The notes under the pieces: model-generated
What the model saw: only the letters and a program-made list of their open reading frames with translations
Database searches by the model: none
Told to the model about the DNA's origin: nothing
Shown: positions 41,129 to 50,365 of the stretch, in pieces
How the letters are laid out: each line of letters begins with the position of its first letter
Position numbering within the stretch: position 1 is the first letter of the stretch
From: Thermodesulfobacteriota bacterium
GTDB lineage: Bacteria; Desulfobacterota; BSN033; UBA1163
DNA: 64,000 nt
Assembly (NCBI GenBank): GCA_041947025.1
Contig: JBHGBJ010000004.1
Location: forward strand, 85,580 to 149,579
Reading direction: 5' to 3'
Translations under genes and position numbers: made by a program

Positions 41129-41575
41129 ATGGCCGTTTCATTAAAGCCCGTGACTAAGGTGAGTGATAAGTTAAAAGGAATGTTAAACGACGCCATTGCT
41201 CGAGAGATTCAGGTGAGCATCCAGTACATGTGGCAGCATGTGCAGGTGATGGGGGTCAAGGGGGTCGCCGTGCAGGATCGATTCAAGCAGACCGCCATCG
41301 CCGAGATGAAGCATGCGGAGTCCATTGCGGAAAGGCTCTGGTATCTCGAGGGAACTCCCACCACAAAGCCGGCGGCGATCAAAGTGGGGGAGAATCTGAA
41401 GGAGTTTCTTGAGCTGGATACGAAGGCCGAAGAGGAAGCAATCGTGCTCTATAAACAGATTATCGAGCTTGCCCAAAAAGAAGCGGATGTGACCACCGCC
41501 TTTATGTTCAAAGAAATTCTCGAGGATGAAGAAGAACATCACGATCTCTTCACAACCATGCTCGAAGAGGTGTGA
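41129..41575 (+). CDS. Bacterioferritin / ferritin-like di-iron protein
   Basis: 148 aa; paired E..H ligand motifs (AEMKHAE ... EEEHHD) of the ferritin-like four-helix bundle. Confidence 0.65.
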   Translation: MAVSLKPVTKVSDKLKGMLNDAIAREIQVSIQYMWQHVQVMGVKGVAVQDRFKQTAIAEMKHAESIAERLWYLEGTPTTKPAAIKVGENLKEFLELDTKAEEEAIVLYKQIIELAQKEADVTTAFMFKEILEDEEEHHDLFTTMLEEV

Positions 41576-41621
41576 GACAGTCCGGTATGGCTTTTCGCCA
41601 ATATCTGACCAGGAGGTACCC

Positions 41622-41798
41622 ATGAAGTGCTATCGATGCAGCAAACATATGGTCTATGAGAAATTCTACGGCTATCAGGAAAATTTCTGGGGATGGAGAT
41701 GCATCTTCTGCGGAGAGATCGTCGATCACGTGATCCTGGAGAATCGCCTCTCAGCAAGGACGGGCACCCCACCCAATGGCCGCGCCCGGAGAAAGTGA
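41622..41798 (+). CDS. Small zinc-ribbon protein (CxxC...CxxC)
   Basis: MKCYRCSKHMVYEKFYGYQENFWGWRCIFCGEIVDH; two Cys pairs. Confidence 0.4.
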   Translation: MKCYRCSKHMVYEKFYGYQENFWGWRCIFCGEIVDHVILENRLSARTGTPPNGRARRK

Positions 41799-41875
41799 AG
41801 CTCTCCCGCTTACGGATGGCAGGGAAGCTTTCGAAGGGGACCTCCCCTCAAGCCCGGAGGGCTGACTGCATCCAT

Positions 41876-42532
41876 CTATTCTTGGGAAACCAATCCCTTC
41901 TCGATGGCGTAGGCAGTCAAGGCCTGGACATTATGGAGGTTTAACTTGTCCATGAGGTTGGCTCGATGCTTCTCGACCGTCTTCTCACTGATACAGAGCT
42001 CATCCGCAATCTCTGTGTTCTTAAACCCCTCGGCGATCATTTTCAGGATTTCCCGTTCCCGGGGGGTAACCGTATCCCAGGGAGTCTGAGGCGTTAGGGC
42101 CTTCTTCCCTTCCAGATACCCTTCAAGCACCTTATCGGAGATTTCCGGGCTAATATAGTGGCTGCCACTTAGGACTCTTCTTACTGCCATGACCATTTCA
42201 GTGTGGGTAGAATCCTTCAGGAGATACCCGTCTGCTCCGGCCTTGAAAGTGGCAAGAATGTATTCATCTGCCTTATGAACAGTGAGGACCAGAACTTTTG
42301 TCTTTGGAAATTGCCTCTTGATCTCCCGGATAGCCTCCATCCCGTTCATCCGGGGCATGGAAAGGTCGGTCAGGATAAGATCGGGCTTCAATCTTTCAAC
42401 GCACCGGATCGCTTCCCGGCCATTTCCTGCTTCTCCCACGATCTCAAACTCAGAATAAGCGGAGAGAAGAGCCCGCAACCCTTCCCTGAGAATCGTGTGA
42501 TCCTCAGCAATAACAATCCGGTGTTTCGCCAT
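41876..42532 (-). CDS. NarL/LuxR-family response regulator, paralog of 38456-39115 (protein roughly 80 percent identical, DNA roughly 75 percent)
   Basis: Likely start MAKHRIVIAEDH; same motif set as the paralog. Confidence 0.85.
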   Translation of the reverse strand: MAKHRIVIAEDHTILREGLRALLSAYSEFEIVGEAGNGREAIRCVERLKPDLILTDLSMPRMNGMEAIREIKRQFPKTKVLVLTVHKADEYILATFKAGADGYLLKDSTHTEMVMAVRRVLSGSHYISPEISDKVLEGYLEGKKALTPQTPWDTVTPREREILKMIAEGFKNTEIADELCISEKTVEKHRANLMDKLNLHNVQALTAYAIEKGLVSQE

Positions 42533-42823
42533 TCCAATTAGCCTTTTTCCCTTCAATAATAAGGGCTTATTCCGGACCAAAGAAATTTTTTATTTATTTA
42601 TCATATTATTTAAGAGGAGTAAAGCAAAAAAACTGCTCTCTTCCTCCGTATGGGAGATGCCAAAATTCGGCACTTTGCCCACGGGAATATGGGACTTACC
42701 CAATCGGATTTATGCATATTACGTGCGAGAATTGCCTTATCGCGTTTATGAATGGCCATCCAGAGATATTCTGTGATCTCCTAGTATCCTGGCCAACTCA
42801 CACCCTGATGCCTGATATCCTGT

Positions 42824-43828
42824 TCAATATCCTTCTAAAATGAAGTCTGAGAATATGATTCTGTAGGTAACCACTGCGGCAAATATCAGGAATAGAACGA
42901 TAGAGGCAAGGCTAAGCTTCTTCTGAACCGAGGGAACAACCTTCAAAAGACTCTTCGTATGCCTGAAGGGCATCAATACGCCCACTCCCATCCCCGTGAT
43001 CGCACCCCCAAACAAGGATATGTAAAGAGGATAGCCGATATACCCATATTCTTTCTGAAGAATGCAGAAGGGACAGTGATGGGTCGGCAGTTCATAAAAA
43101 TAGAGGGATATGAAAGAGAGGATGGACAGAATGGAAACAAACAAGAGAATGGCGCTCAGAGATGAAAATAGATATCCTCCCCTGCCCCTGAGGTAATAGT
43201 AGATCCCGGAAGCAGTAGTGGATATGACGAAGAGGTAAAAGATCACTTTCATCGGAACGCCCGACAGTAAGACGATCTCCGAGACGGAGCGAACGGATTC
43301 CCCGCTGAAGAGGCTTCCGCAGCAGGAGGTGATGATATCGGGCCGGAGGTGAAGAAAGTAGTTGTCCTGCATCACAATCTCTGCAAGGATCAGGGGGGTT
43401 AAAATCAGCAGAAGAAAGTACTTCTTCTTGATCAGGGGATAATCGTAGCCCCGGTTGTCCGTGTAGTTCAAGATGAGCCAGAGGCCTGCGAGAAGAAAAT
43501 TGATCGTCTTCAGGACAAGGGCAGGATACCCATAGCTATTCACGTAGAGAGATCCTGCGGCGCACATTGCGCCCACAAAGAACGTATGCAAGTGGTCGGC
43601 GGTAAAGACATAGAGAAAGAGGGAGACGAGCTCGAACCCGAAGAGATAGGTGAGGAGGGTTGAGATGAGATAGGTCTTTCTTTCAAGAATGAGTTGAAGC
43701 TCGCTTCCGCTCTTGATGTCCCATTTTCTCAGGATCTGGACTCCGTAAGAAACGGAGTACAAAACCATGAAGCCGATCAGGATGGAGGACACGTAGAGCG
43801 CGATGATGCTCGGATGAAGGGTCATCAC
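42824..43828 (-). CDS. Polytopic membrane protein (about 8-9 TM) with conserved Cys motifs (SCCGS and PTHHCPFC); function unknown
   Basis: 334 aa, hydrophobic throughout; start overlaps the stop of the upstream ABC ATPase gene (operonic). Confidence 0.5.
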   Translation of the reverse strand: MMTLHPSIIALYVSSILIGFMVLYSVSYGVQILRKWDIKSGSELQLILERKTYLISTLLTYLFGFELVSLFLYVFTADHLHTFFVGAMCAAGSLYVNSYGYPALVLKTINFLLAGLWLILNYTDNRGYDYPLIKKKYFLLLILTPLILAEIVMQDNYFLHLRPDIITSCCGSLFSGESVRSVSEIVLLSGVPMKVIFYLFVISTTASGIYYYLRGRGGYLFSSLSAILLFVSILSILSFISLYFYELPTHHCPFCILQKEYGYIGYPLYISLFGGAITGMGVGVLMPFRHTKSLLKVVPSVQKKLSLASIVLFLIFAAVVTYRIIFSDFILEGY

Positions 43829-44502
43829 GTCCCTCCATCCACTCTTCCATCCCTGAGGTTGATCACTCTGTCCACAACTTTGGATTCAGAGACGATAGGG
43901 TCATGACTTGCGATCAGCACGGTCTTCCCTTCGTTCTTGAGCCTTTCCACGATTTCCATAAACTCCCGGGAGAGCTTGGTATCGAGGTGTGCTGTGGGCT
44001 CGTCAGCGATCACGACTGACGGATTATTGATCAACGCCCTCGCAATGGCCACCCGCTGGGACTCTCCGCCTGAAAGCCATTCCACTTTCGAGAACTCTTT
44101 CTTCGAAAGACCGAAGAGCTCAAGCAGGCCCATCGCCCTCTTCCTCAAAGAAGAGAATCTCTCCCCATTCGGGTAAGCAGGAACCATCACATTCTCCAGA
44201 ACTGTTATCCCTTTAATCAGATGGAATTGTTGAAAGATGAATCCAAAAGTGGTCCGTCTGACCTCGGTGAGAAACCTCTCTGGGAGACTCGATATCTCCC
44301 TATCGAAAAGCGTGATCCTGCCCGCTGTCGGCCTTGCCATGCAACCCAGGATGCTGAGGAGGGTGGTCTTCCCGGACCCGCTCGGGCCCTTAAAAACGGT
44401 CACTTTGCCGGAGTCGATCGTCAGGGTGATCCCCTCAAGGGCCACGAATTCATTCGGGTTCCCCATGTTAAAAACCTTTTTGATGTTCAGCAATTCGATC
44501 AT
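43825..44502 (-). CDS. ABC transporter ATP-binding protein (MacB/LolD-like)
   Basis: Walker A GPSGSGKTT, ABC signature LSGGESQR, Walker B VIADEPT. Confidence 0.88.
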   Translation of the reverse strand: MIELLNIKKVFNMGNPNEFVALEGITLTIDSGKVTVFKGPSGSGKTTLLSILGCMARPTAGRITLFDREISSLPERFLTEVRRTTFGFIFQQFHLIKGITVLENVMVPAYPNGERFSSLRKRAMGLLELFGLSKKEFSKVEWLSGGESQRVAIARALINNPSVVIADEPTAHLDTKLSREFMEIVERLKNEGKTVLIASHDPIVSESKVVDRVINLRDGRVDGGT

Positions 44503-44506
44503 TCTT

Positions 44507-45643
44507 CTATGACCTCATGATTGAATCCGGATCGATGGTGGCGGCCCTCCACGAGGGCACAATCGTTGAAACGGTGTAGGGGATGACCGTGAGGAAAAAG
44601 AGGGTCCCCACTTGATAGGCGCTGATGAAGGGCGTCAGCCTGAAATCCGGATAGAGCACGGACCAGCCCTTCAGCACGGGTGAAAAGACGGCTGCGGATG
44701 TGAAGAAGATATGACCGTAAGCCAGCAGAATTCCCAGCAGAAAGGAGGTCAGTGAAACCGCTACTCCTTCCCAGAATTTCATGAGCAGCACGTCCGAAGT
44801 CTCCCATCCCAAGGCCTTCAAGATCCCGATCTCCCGCTTTTCTTCCGCGCTCAATCCTGCTGCCTTGTCCCATGCAAAGATGATGAAAGCCATCACCGAG
44901 CCAAGGAGGATGACAATAAGGATTCCGCCTCGCCAGTCAAAGACGCTGTCATAGGTCCTCAATATCTCATCCCTGAGGATGGGCCGGCTGTCCGGAAGAA
45001 GCTGAAGGATCTTCGTCGCGATGGTCGTCAGCTCTTTCTTGTTCCGGACGCTCACGGTTAAGTCAGTGAAATACCCTTTCGATATGCCGAAGAGCTTCCT
45101 GAAATCTTTCTCTGCCATTAAGATGAGATCTGAAGAGACGAGTTCCGAGTCGGAGGAAAGAATCTCCTGAATCTCTAAATTCAAGACCGCTCCGTTATAG
45201 GCTCGAAAGGAGAGGCTGTCACCCTCGAACGCCAGGCGGCTCTTCGAAATTCCCTTTCCGATGCTGATCCTTTCAGGACCGCCCGTACCATCTCCCGGCA
45301 CCAAGAGGGTATAATTAGCCCCCACCACCGGATCGTAATAGTATCCCCAGAGGCGTCCTTTTACCGCGTGGACCCCTCTGATTCTCCTGATGGAATCGAT
45401 GTAGCTCGCCGGAATCAGATCGTGTCTTCCGCCGCTCATGCGCTGGACAAGCATCTCAGGCGAATCTCTCAGGACGAAAGCAGCTTCTTTCTTTATCGAG
45501 TGAGTGAAGAAGACGGCCGAAGCCAACAAGAAGACAATCAGGGTGTAGACCGCAACCAATGCCCCATTCTTCCCTTTCTTCCTGAAGATCGAGGAAAGGG
45601 TAAAATCAATCACGTGCTTTTGTTTCCCGATCCAGTTTTCCAT
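44507..45643 (-). CDS. ABC transporter permease of the FtsX/MacB type (N-terminal TM, large periplasmic domain, three C-terminal TMs)
   Basis: 378 aa; FtsX-like C-terminal module. Confidence 0.8.
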   Translation of the reverse strand: MENWIGKQKHVIDFTLSSIFRKKGKNGALVAVYTLIVFLLASAVFFTHSIKKEAAFVLRDSPEMLVQRMSGGRHDLIPASYIDSIRRIRGVHAVKGRLWGYYYDPVVGANYTLLVPGDGTGGPERISIGKGISKSRLAFEGDSLSFRAYNGAVLNLEIQEILSSDSELVSSDLILMAEKDFRKLFGISKGYFTDLTVSVRNKKELTTIATKILQLLPDSRPILRDEILRTYDSVFDWRGGILIVILLGSVMAFIIFAWDKAAGLSAEEKREIGILKALGWETSDVLLMKFWEGVAVSLTSFLLGILLAYGHIFFTSAAVFSPVLKGWSVLYPDFRLTPFISAYQVGTLFFLTVIPYTVSTIVPSWRAATIDPDSIMRS

Positions 45644-45935
45644 AAAAGTGCTCGATTCCTTTCGGAGGACCGATGATGCTCCCAGCGGGAAAATGCTCCA
45701 TAGACATGGGGTAGTCCTGAAAGGCCGTATGGAGGTCAGCCTGCGACGGATGCCGGGTATATCGGGCTTCGGTGCAAAGACAGAGGTCGGTCAGTTCCAG
45801 TCTTTTGACCAACTGCGCCATCTCTTGAAGCAACGGATCATCCGCCCTCATCCGAAAGAAGGAATGGAAGAAGATGAGGCAAAAGAGAGAGACGCCGACC
45901 ATCACGAAGATTAGAAAGGCATTCGATTTCCTCAT
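45606..45935 (-). CDS. Hypothetical small membrane-anchored protein; overlaps the permease start by 38 nt
   Basis: ORF with an N-terminal TM helix; weak RBS. Confidence 0.2.
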   Translation of the reverse strand: MRKSNAFLIFVMVGVSLFCLIFFHSFFRMRADDPLLQEMAQLVKRLELTDLCLCTEARYTRHPSQADLHTAFQDYPMSMEHFPAGSIIGPPKGIEHFYGKLDRETKARD

Positions 45936-46011
45936 TGTCTCTATTGTCTCTATTTCGGCGCCGATCCCTTACCCCTTGAGATGCCTGATTGACGATCTGA
46001 AGCGGTTCTGC

Positions 46012-46548
46012 TTAAAAAAGACTCGACAGGATTCTCTTTAGTCCCTCTTGGTTGACCTCACCGAGGACCTTAAATCGAATCACGCCCTTTCGATCGCAGA
46101 GAAAAGTGGTTGGAATGCCCGTGACGCCGTACTGCCGGGCCGTTCCCGAAGTAGAGTCAAGAAGAACGGGATAAGAGACTCTCATATTTGCCAGATAAGA
46201 CTCGGCCGCCCCTCTATTCTCTCCCACGTTGATTGAGAAAGGAATCAACCCCTTTCCTCCGTAACTGTTGTAAATCGATTCGATAGCAACCATCTCCTTG
46301 ATGCAGAAGGAACACCAGCTCGCCCAGAAGTGAACCAGGATCACCTTGCCGGGGAAGTCGCTGGGCAGAGTGATCTTATTCCCTTTCAAATCAGGCAGGG
46401 AAACCGTTGGAAGCGTGTCTCCGACCCTGAGAGATGCCTCGGCTGCCGCCGGCCAAAAAGCCACCGGGAGGAGAAAAGTTCCCGCTACCTTCATGCAGAA
46501 CTTCCAGAGATCCCTTCTGGACAAGACTTCAACTCCGGTTTTTTCCAT
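46012..46548 (-). CDS. TlpA/ResA-like periplasmic thiol-disulfide oxidoreductase (thioredoxin fold)
   Basis: WASWCSFC active-site CxxC; strong RBS GGGAGGGG before the 46548 ATG; RRDLWK N-region (possible Tat-like signal). Confidence 0.8.
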   Translation of the reverse strand: MEKTGVEVLSRRDLWKFCMKVAGTFLLPVAFWPAAAEASLRVGDTLPTVSLPDLKGNKITLPSDFPGKVILVHFWASWCSFCIKEMVAIESIYNSYGGKGLIPFSINVGENRGAAESYLANMRVSYPVLLDSTSGTARQYGVTGIPTTFLCDRKGVIRFKVLGEVNQEGLKRILSSLF

Positions 46549-46574
46549 AAACCCCTCCCGTGATTAGAAAGCCC

Positions 46575-48320
46575 CTACGCAATATTCCAGATTCCCATCA
46601 TTCCGAGGTCTTCGTGCTCAACGATGTGGCAATGGAACATGGACGTGCCCGCGAAATCCATCACCGACATGAGAATCCTCACGCTGCCCATGGCCGGGAC
46701 CAAGACCGTGTCCTTCCACGCTGGCACGCTCGTGTAAAACGCGGCGTACTCGGGGTCGCCCCCGTTAATGGCCAGCACCTGGCACGGATTGACGTGATGG
46801 TGAAAGGGATGATCCATCATGCTGTGGTTGAAAATCTCCCAGACCTCGTAGGTGCCGAGCTTCGAGTGGATCGTATGGGCGATCATCCTGCCATGGGGAT
46901 CGCCGGTCCCGGTGCCGTGGCCGTGGCCGCTCGAATCGTGAAGGAGAAGAGGACGGCCTTGATCCCCTGCGAGTTCGAATGTGATACCATTGATCGCGGC
47001 AAGTCCATGACCCATATTCGTGCCACTCATGTTCACGCCACCCATATTCATGCCGCTCATGTTCATGCCACGGCCCATACCCATCATACCCATGCCCATG
47101 CCGTGGCCCATGCTGAGGGTGAGTTGCTCTGTCTTGACCGGTGCCACCCGGACTCGAGTGGCGCCGGGGTTGACGGAAGCGGGCAGTTGGTCCGCAATGC
47201 GTTCCCCGCGATAAGAAAGGGTCAGGAGCGTGTGTTGCTGCATCGCGCCCATGCCTTGCCCACCGCAGTTGCCCATGCAGTGGCCGCTGCGGTTGTAAGG
47301 AAGCGAGAACAATCGGTAGCTCTTCTCGCTCTGGTCGGCCTTCACCAACAGATCCACGCGCTCGCCCGGTGAGAGGAGGAGAGAATTCACCGCGTAAGGC
47401 TTGTCGAGCAGCCCGCCTTCCGTACCGATGACGTGAAGGGGATGGCCCTCCAGGCTCAGCTTGTAGAAACGCGCGTTGCTGGCGTTGATGACCTTCCAGC
47501 GCTGGACCTGGCCCGGCTTGATGCTCATCACGGGGTTGACCTGTCCATTGACCATCACGACGTCGCCCTCTTTACCGTGCACGTAATCCATCATTGAGGT
47601 GTGGGCGCCGGGTTTTCCCTCCCCGATGCTGATGTCCTTGAGAAGGAGCAGACGAGTCTCGTAGCCGGCCAAGGCCTTGACCTCGTCCGCAACCTCCAGG
47701 GCCCCGGCCAACCCGCCCCACATCTGCTCGGCGACGGAACCGTGAATGTGGGGATGATAGAAATTCAGTGTGCCAGCCGGATGTTTCGACAGGTCATAAT
47801 CATAGACGAAGGTCTCATCGGTCATGCAGATGATCATGACGTTGTCGGAATTGCCGGAGGGAGAGACGTGCAACCCGTGGGTGTGGAGGTTACTGATGTC
47901 CCGGTCGTGGCCCATAAGGTTGTTGCCCAGCATGGAGAGGGAATTTTTGAAGCGGATCTGCAACCGGTCGCCGCTCTTGACCCGGATCGTCGGCCCGGGA
48001 TAACTGCCGTTATACGTGAGCAGTTGGGCCTCAGTGCCTCCGATACGGACGGGTGTGACCTTGGCTTCGAGGCTGACGATGACCTGTTTTGGATCATTAC
48101 TTTGGTTGGCAGCGACAGGCGGTTCCTTGAATGGATCTCCCGGTGGCGGATCAATCACTGCCACCTGGCCTCCTCCCATCATTCCCATTCCCCTCATCCC
48201 CATCATCCCGCCTCTCATCCTGGCCATTGCCGGATCAGCCTTCAGGCCGAGATAGGCCCCTGCAAGACCCAGGGATGTGAGCTTAAAGAAATCTCTTCGA
48301 TTCAAATTTCGCTTCTTCAT
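46575..48320 (-). CDS. Multicopper oxidase (CopA/CueO-like) with Tat signal and Met/His/Gly-rich inserts
   Basis: Tat motif NRRDFFKL; type-1/2/3 copper motifs HTHGLHV and HCHIVEHEDLGMMG; Met-rich tracts MRGGMMGMRGMGMMGGG and GHGMGMGMMGMGRGMNMSGMNMG. Confidence 0.88.
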   Translation of the reverse strand: MKKRNLNRRDFFKLTSLGLAGAYLGLKADPAMARMRGGMMGMRGMGMMGGGQVAVIDPPPGDPFKEPPVAANQSNDPKQVIVSLEAKVTPVRIGGTEAQLLTYNGSYPGPTIRVKSGDRLQIRFKNSLSMLGNNLMGHDRDISNLHTHGLHVSPSGNSDNVMIICMTDETFVYDYDLSKHPAGTLNFYHPHIHGSVAEQMWGGLAGALEVADEVKALAGYETRLLLLKDISIGEGKPGAHTSMMDYVHGKEGDVVMVNGQVNPVMSIKPGQVQRWKVINASNARFYKLSLEGHPLHVIGTEGGLLDKPYAVNSLLLSPGERVDLLVKADQSEKSYRLFSLPYNRSGHCMGNCGGQGMGAMQQHTLLTLSYRGERIADQLPASVNPGATRVRVAPVKTEQLTLSMGHGMGMGMMGMGRGMNMSGMNMGGVNMSGTNMGHGLAAINGITFELAGDQGRPLLLHDSSGHGHGTGTGDPHGRMIAHTIHSKLGTYEVWEIFNHSMMDHPFHHHVNPCQVLAINGGDPEYAAFYTSVPAWKDTVLVPAMGSVRILMSVMDFAGTSMFHCHIVEHEDLGMMGIWNIA

Positions 48321-48379
48321 GGGTGCCTCCTTGGCCGTTCTCTCGATAAGAGGATGATACTTACAAAACCCTCGCCAGA

Positions 48380-48904
48380 CTACTGGTCGCCGCGAATCTG
48401 TCCGGAGATCATTTTCCTGTAGTCGGATAAGAGGTTCTTTGTCTTCTCCTTAATCCCATCCATCTCTTTTCGAAGGACCTCCTTATCACGACTATTCGTA
48501 GCGGCCATCAACTTTTCCTGGATCTGGACGACCTCGGCGATCACCTGTAAAGCATCCTGCATCGACAAGATGTAGAGAATATCGCGCATGGTCAATCCTT
48601 GGTCCATGTTATGACTCATTTCGGGCTGGTTCATCGGCATCGAACCGCTCATCATATTGCCCATCATGTTCCCCATACCACAGCGCATGGGCATCATCTG
48701 CATCGATTGGCCGCCCTGCATCATCCCTTGATTCATCCAGGATGGGTTCGGTTGATTGAATGGCCCCCCTTGCACCCCTGTCGGAGGACCGGGCACGGGT
48801 ATCGTCTCCTGGGGACGTGCCGTTACCTGTTGCTGTGGCGTCTGGGCAAAGGCAGCACCGCAGGATACAAAGAGAATCCAAAACAGAATGAACGTTCTTC
48901 TCAT
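48380..48904 (-). CDS. Secreted Met-rich protein, probable periplasmic Cu(I)-binding protein
   Basis: Signal peptide MRRTFILFWILFVSCGAAFA after RBS GGAGGAGG; Met-rich core MMQGGQSMQMMPMRCGMGNMMGNMMSGSMPMNQPEM. Confidence 0.5.
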   Translation of the reverse strand: MRRTFILFWILFVSCGAAFAQTPQQQVTARPQETIPVPGPPTGVQGGPFNQPNPSWMNQGMMQGGQSMQMMPMRCGMGNMMGNMMSGSMPMNQPEMSHNMDQGLTMRDILYILSMQDALQVIAEVVQIQEKLMAATNSRDKEVLRKEMDGIKEKTKNLLSDYRKMISGQIRGDQ

Positions 48905-48960
48905 ATCATCCTCCTCCGTTCCTTTCTCTTCAATAACGAAGAGCGAAAGGGTGAAGTCCA

Positions 48961-49431
48961 TTAATCGAGGCCCTTCACCAGATTGAATGTAATCTCCTGA
49001 AATTTTAGTACGGGTTTGCCTGAATGGTCTTTCATGAACTCCTTTGCATCGCCTTCGTTTTGGAAAGGAATGAGCTCTTTTCCCATGGGCCCGAAGACAT
49101 TGCTTCCTGCGACGTAATAGGCCTTGTACCCATCCGTAAAAGTCAGGCTGTAGTAATCTTTGACATAAATGGAATCCGTTTTCTTCGAGGGTTGATGCTT
49201 CTTCAGGTTGAAGTAATACTTGAACATATCTTTTGCCCCGTCGAAAACAACATAGGTCCCGTCTGTAAAGACAATCTCGGCAAGCCAGTCAGGATATTTT
49301 GCAACGAACATCCCGCAGACCGGGCATTTGTCCTTCGGAGAAGGGTTGATCGGCTTTCTTTCCCCGCCGTTCACATCAGCCGCCAGCATCAGGACCAGAA
49401 AAATCGGGACACATACCATTTTCTTATTCAT
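48961..49431 (-). CDS. NosL-family copper-chaperone-like protein; the N-terminal codons are encoded by a REP copy
   Basis: DKCPVCGMFV metal-binding motif as in NosL; N-terminus MNKKMVCVPIFLVLML, where KMVCVPIF is the translation of the REP at 49399-49423. Confidence 0.55.
   Translation of the reverse strand: MNKKMVCVPIFLVLMLAADVNGGERKPINPSPKDKCPVCGMFVAKYPDWLAEIVFTDGTYVVFDGAKDMFKYYFNLKKHQPSKKTDSIYVKDYYSLTFTDGYKAYYVAGSNVFGPMGKELIPFQNEGDAKEFMKDHSGKPVLKFQEITFNLVKGLD
49399..49423. repeat. REP copy AAAAATCGGGACACATACCATTTTC (forward orientation)
   Basis: Exact match to the REP core; inverted partner at 50954-50980. Confidence 0.75.
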
Positions 49432-49631
49432 CCTTCGGCATTCCCTTCGTCTCTAAGATAAATTGCGTCTCGATGGGCTCTTACCCACACAAACCATTGA
49501 CCTTCGACAGGCTCAGGCCGAACGGCGGTCCGTTGAAATGAAGTGATTTTTCCGTTCATACTGAGATTGTCGAAGCATAAAATCAATCTGGGCAACAGCC
49601 CCTCGATCTGTCACAGATGGAGAATCACGCT

Positions 49632-50183
49632 TCATGGATGCTTTTGCTCCATGCCTTTGTGGTCCATTTTTTTTTCTTCCATCATCTTCATGCGACGAGC
49701 CTGTCGTCTTTCCCGGATCATCTTCGTGTCAGCGTACATGTCTTCATAGGAAGCCTTAATCGCCTGATCAAAACTGGCAATCACACCACCATTCTCCTTG
49801 ATGAACTTTTCGGCTTCTTCCTTCTTTTCAAAGGCCCACTTCGCCCGGTGTGTCATAACCCCCATCTTATTTCCGCCCATCACCCAGAAAGCCTTCTCCA
49901 CATCGATCAGCGCCTTTGAGCCATAATCGCCCACCGTGATCGCCTTAGGGGTCTTATCCAGCTGCAGGGCAAGTTCAACGGCGGCACAGTGGATGCTGCA
50001 TGTCCCAATCGACGTTCCATCGTCATACTCGATGAACACGCGGCTATGAGCATACTGCTGCCGGTTCATTCCGCAGTACTTGCAGGACGGGTACTTCTGA
50101 ATGTCTTCCTGACCCAAAGAGATTCCTGTCATGCAAAAGCAAAATATGAAAGCCACTGTTAAAAAAATGTATATCCGTTTCAT
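49632..50183 (-). CDS. NosL-family copper-chaperone-like lipoprotein/secreted protein (second paralog)
   Basis: Signal peptide; CKYCGM motif; Met/Lys-rich C-terminal tail. Confidence 0.55.
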   Translation of the reverse strand: MKRIYIFLTVAFIFCFCMTGISLGQEDIQKYPSCKYCGMNRQQYAHSRVFIEYDDGTSIGTCSIHCAAVELALQLDKTPKAITVGDYGSKALIDVEKAFWVMGGNKMGVMTHRAKWAFEKKEEAEKFIKENGGVIASFDQAIKASYEDMYADTKMIRERRQARRMKMMEEKKMDHKGMEQKHP

Positions 50184-50365
50184 AGAGGTCTCCTTTCGAA
50201 CGTAAGAAAGATCAGACGGGGAATTTTCCCCCGCCCTTTTCAGAGAAATCGGTCAACCCGTGAATCAACCCATTCATAATTTCGAACAGATATCCTGCCT
50301 TTCGAGTCGAGATTTCCTGCCTACCCATCGGTCCAGAAGTATTTCAGGCCCATCACCACCCCCTT

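Noticed and set aside
38456-42580. LuxR regulator pair as a long direct DNA repeat (segmental duplication)
   Set aside because: The proteins are about 80 percent identical but the DNA is only about 75 percent, so these are old paralogs and not a recent repeat.
46560-48422. Plus-strand ORFs 46560-47372 and 47601-48422
   Set aside because: They are antisense to the multicopper oxidase gene. His/Ala-rich translations are a by-product of the Met/Gly-rich codons on the other strand.
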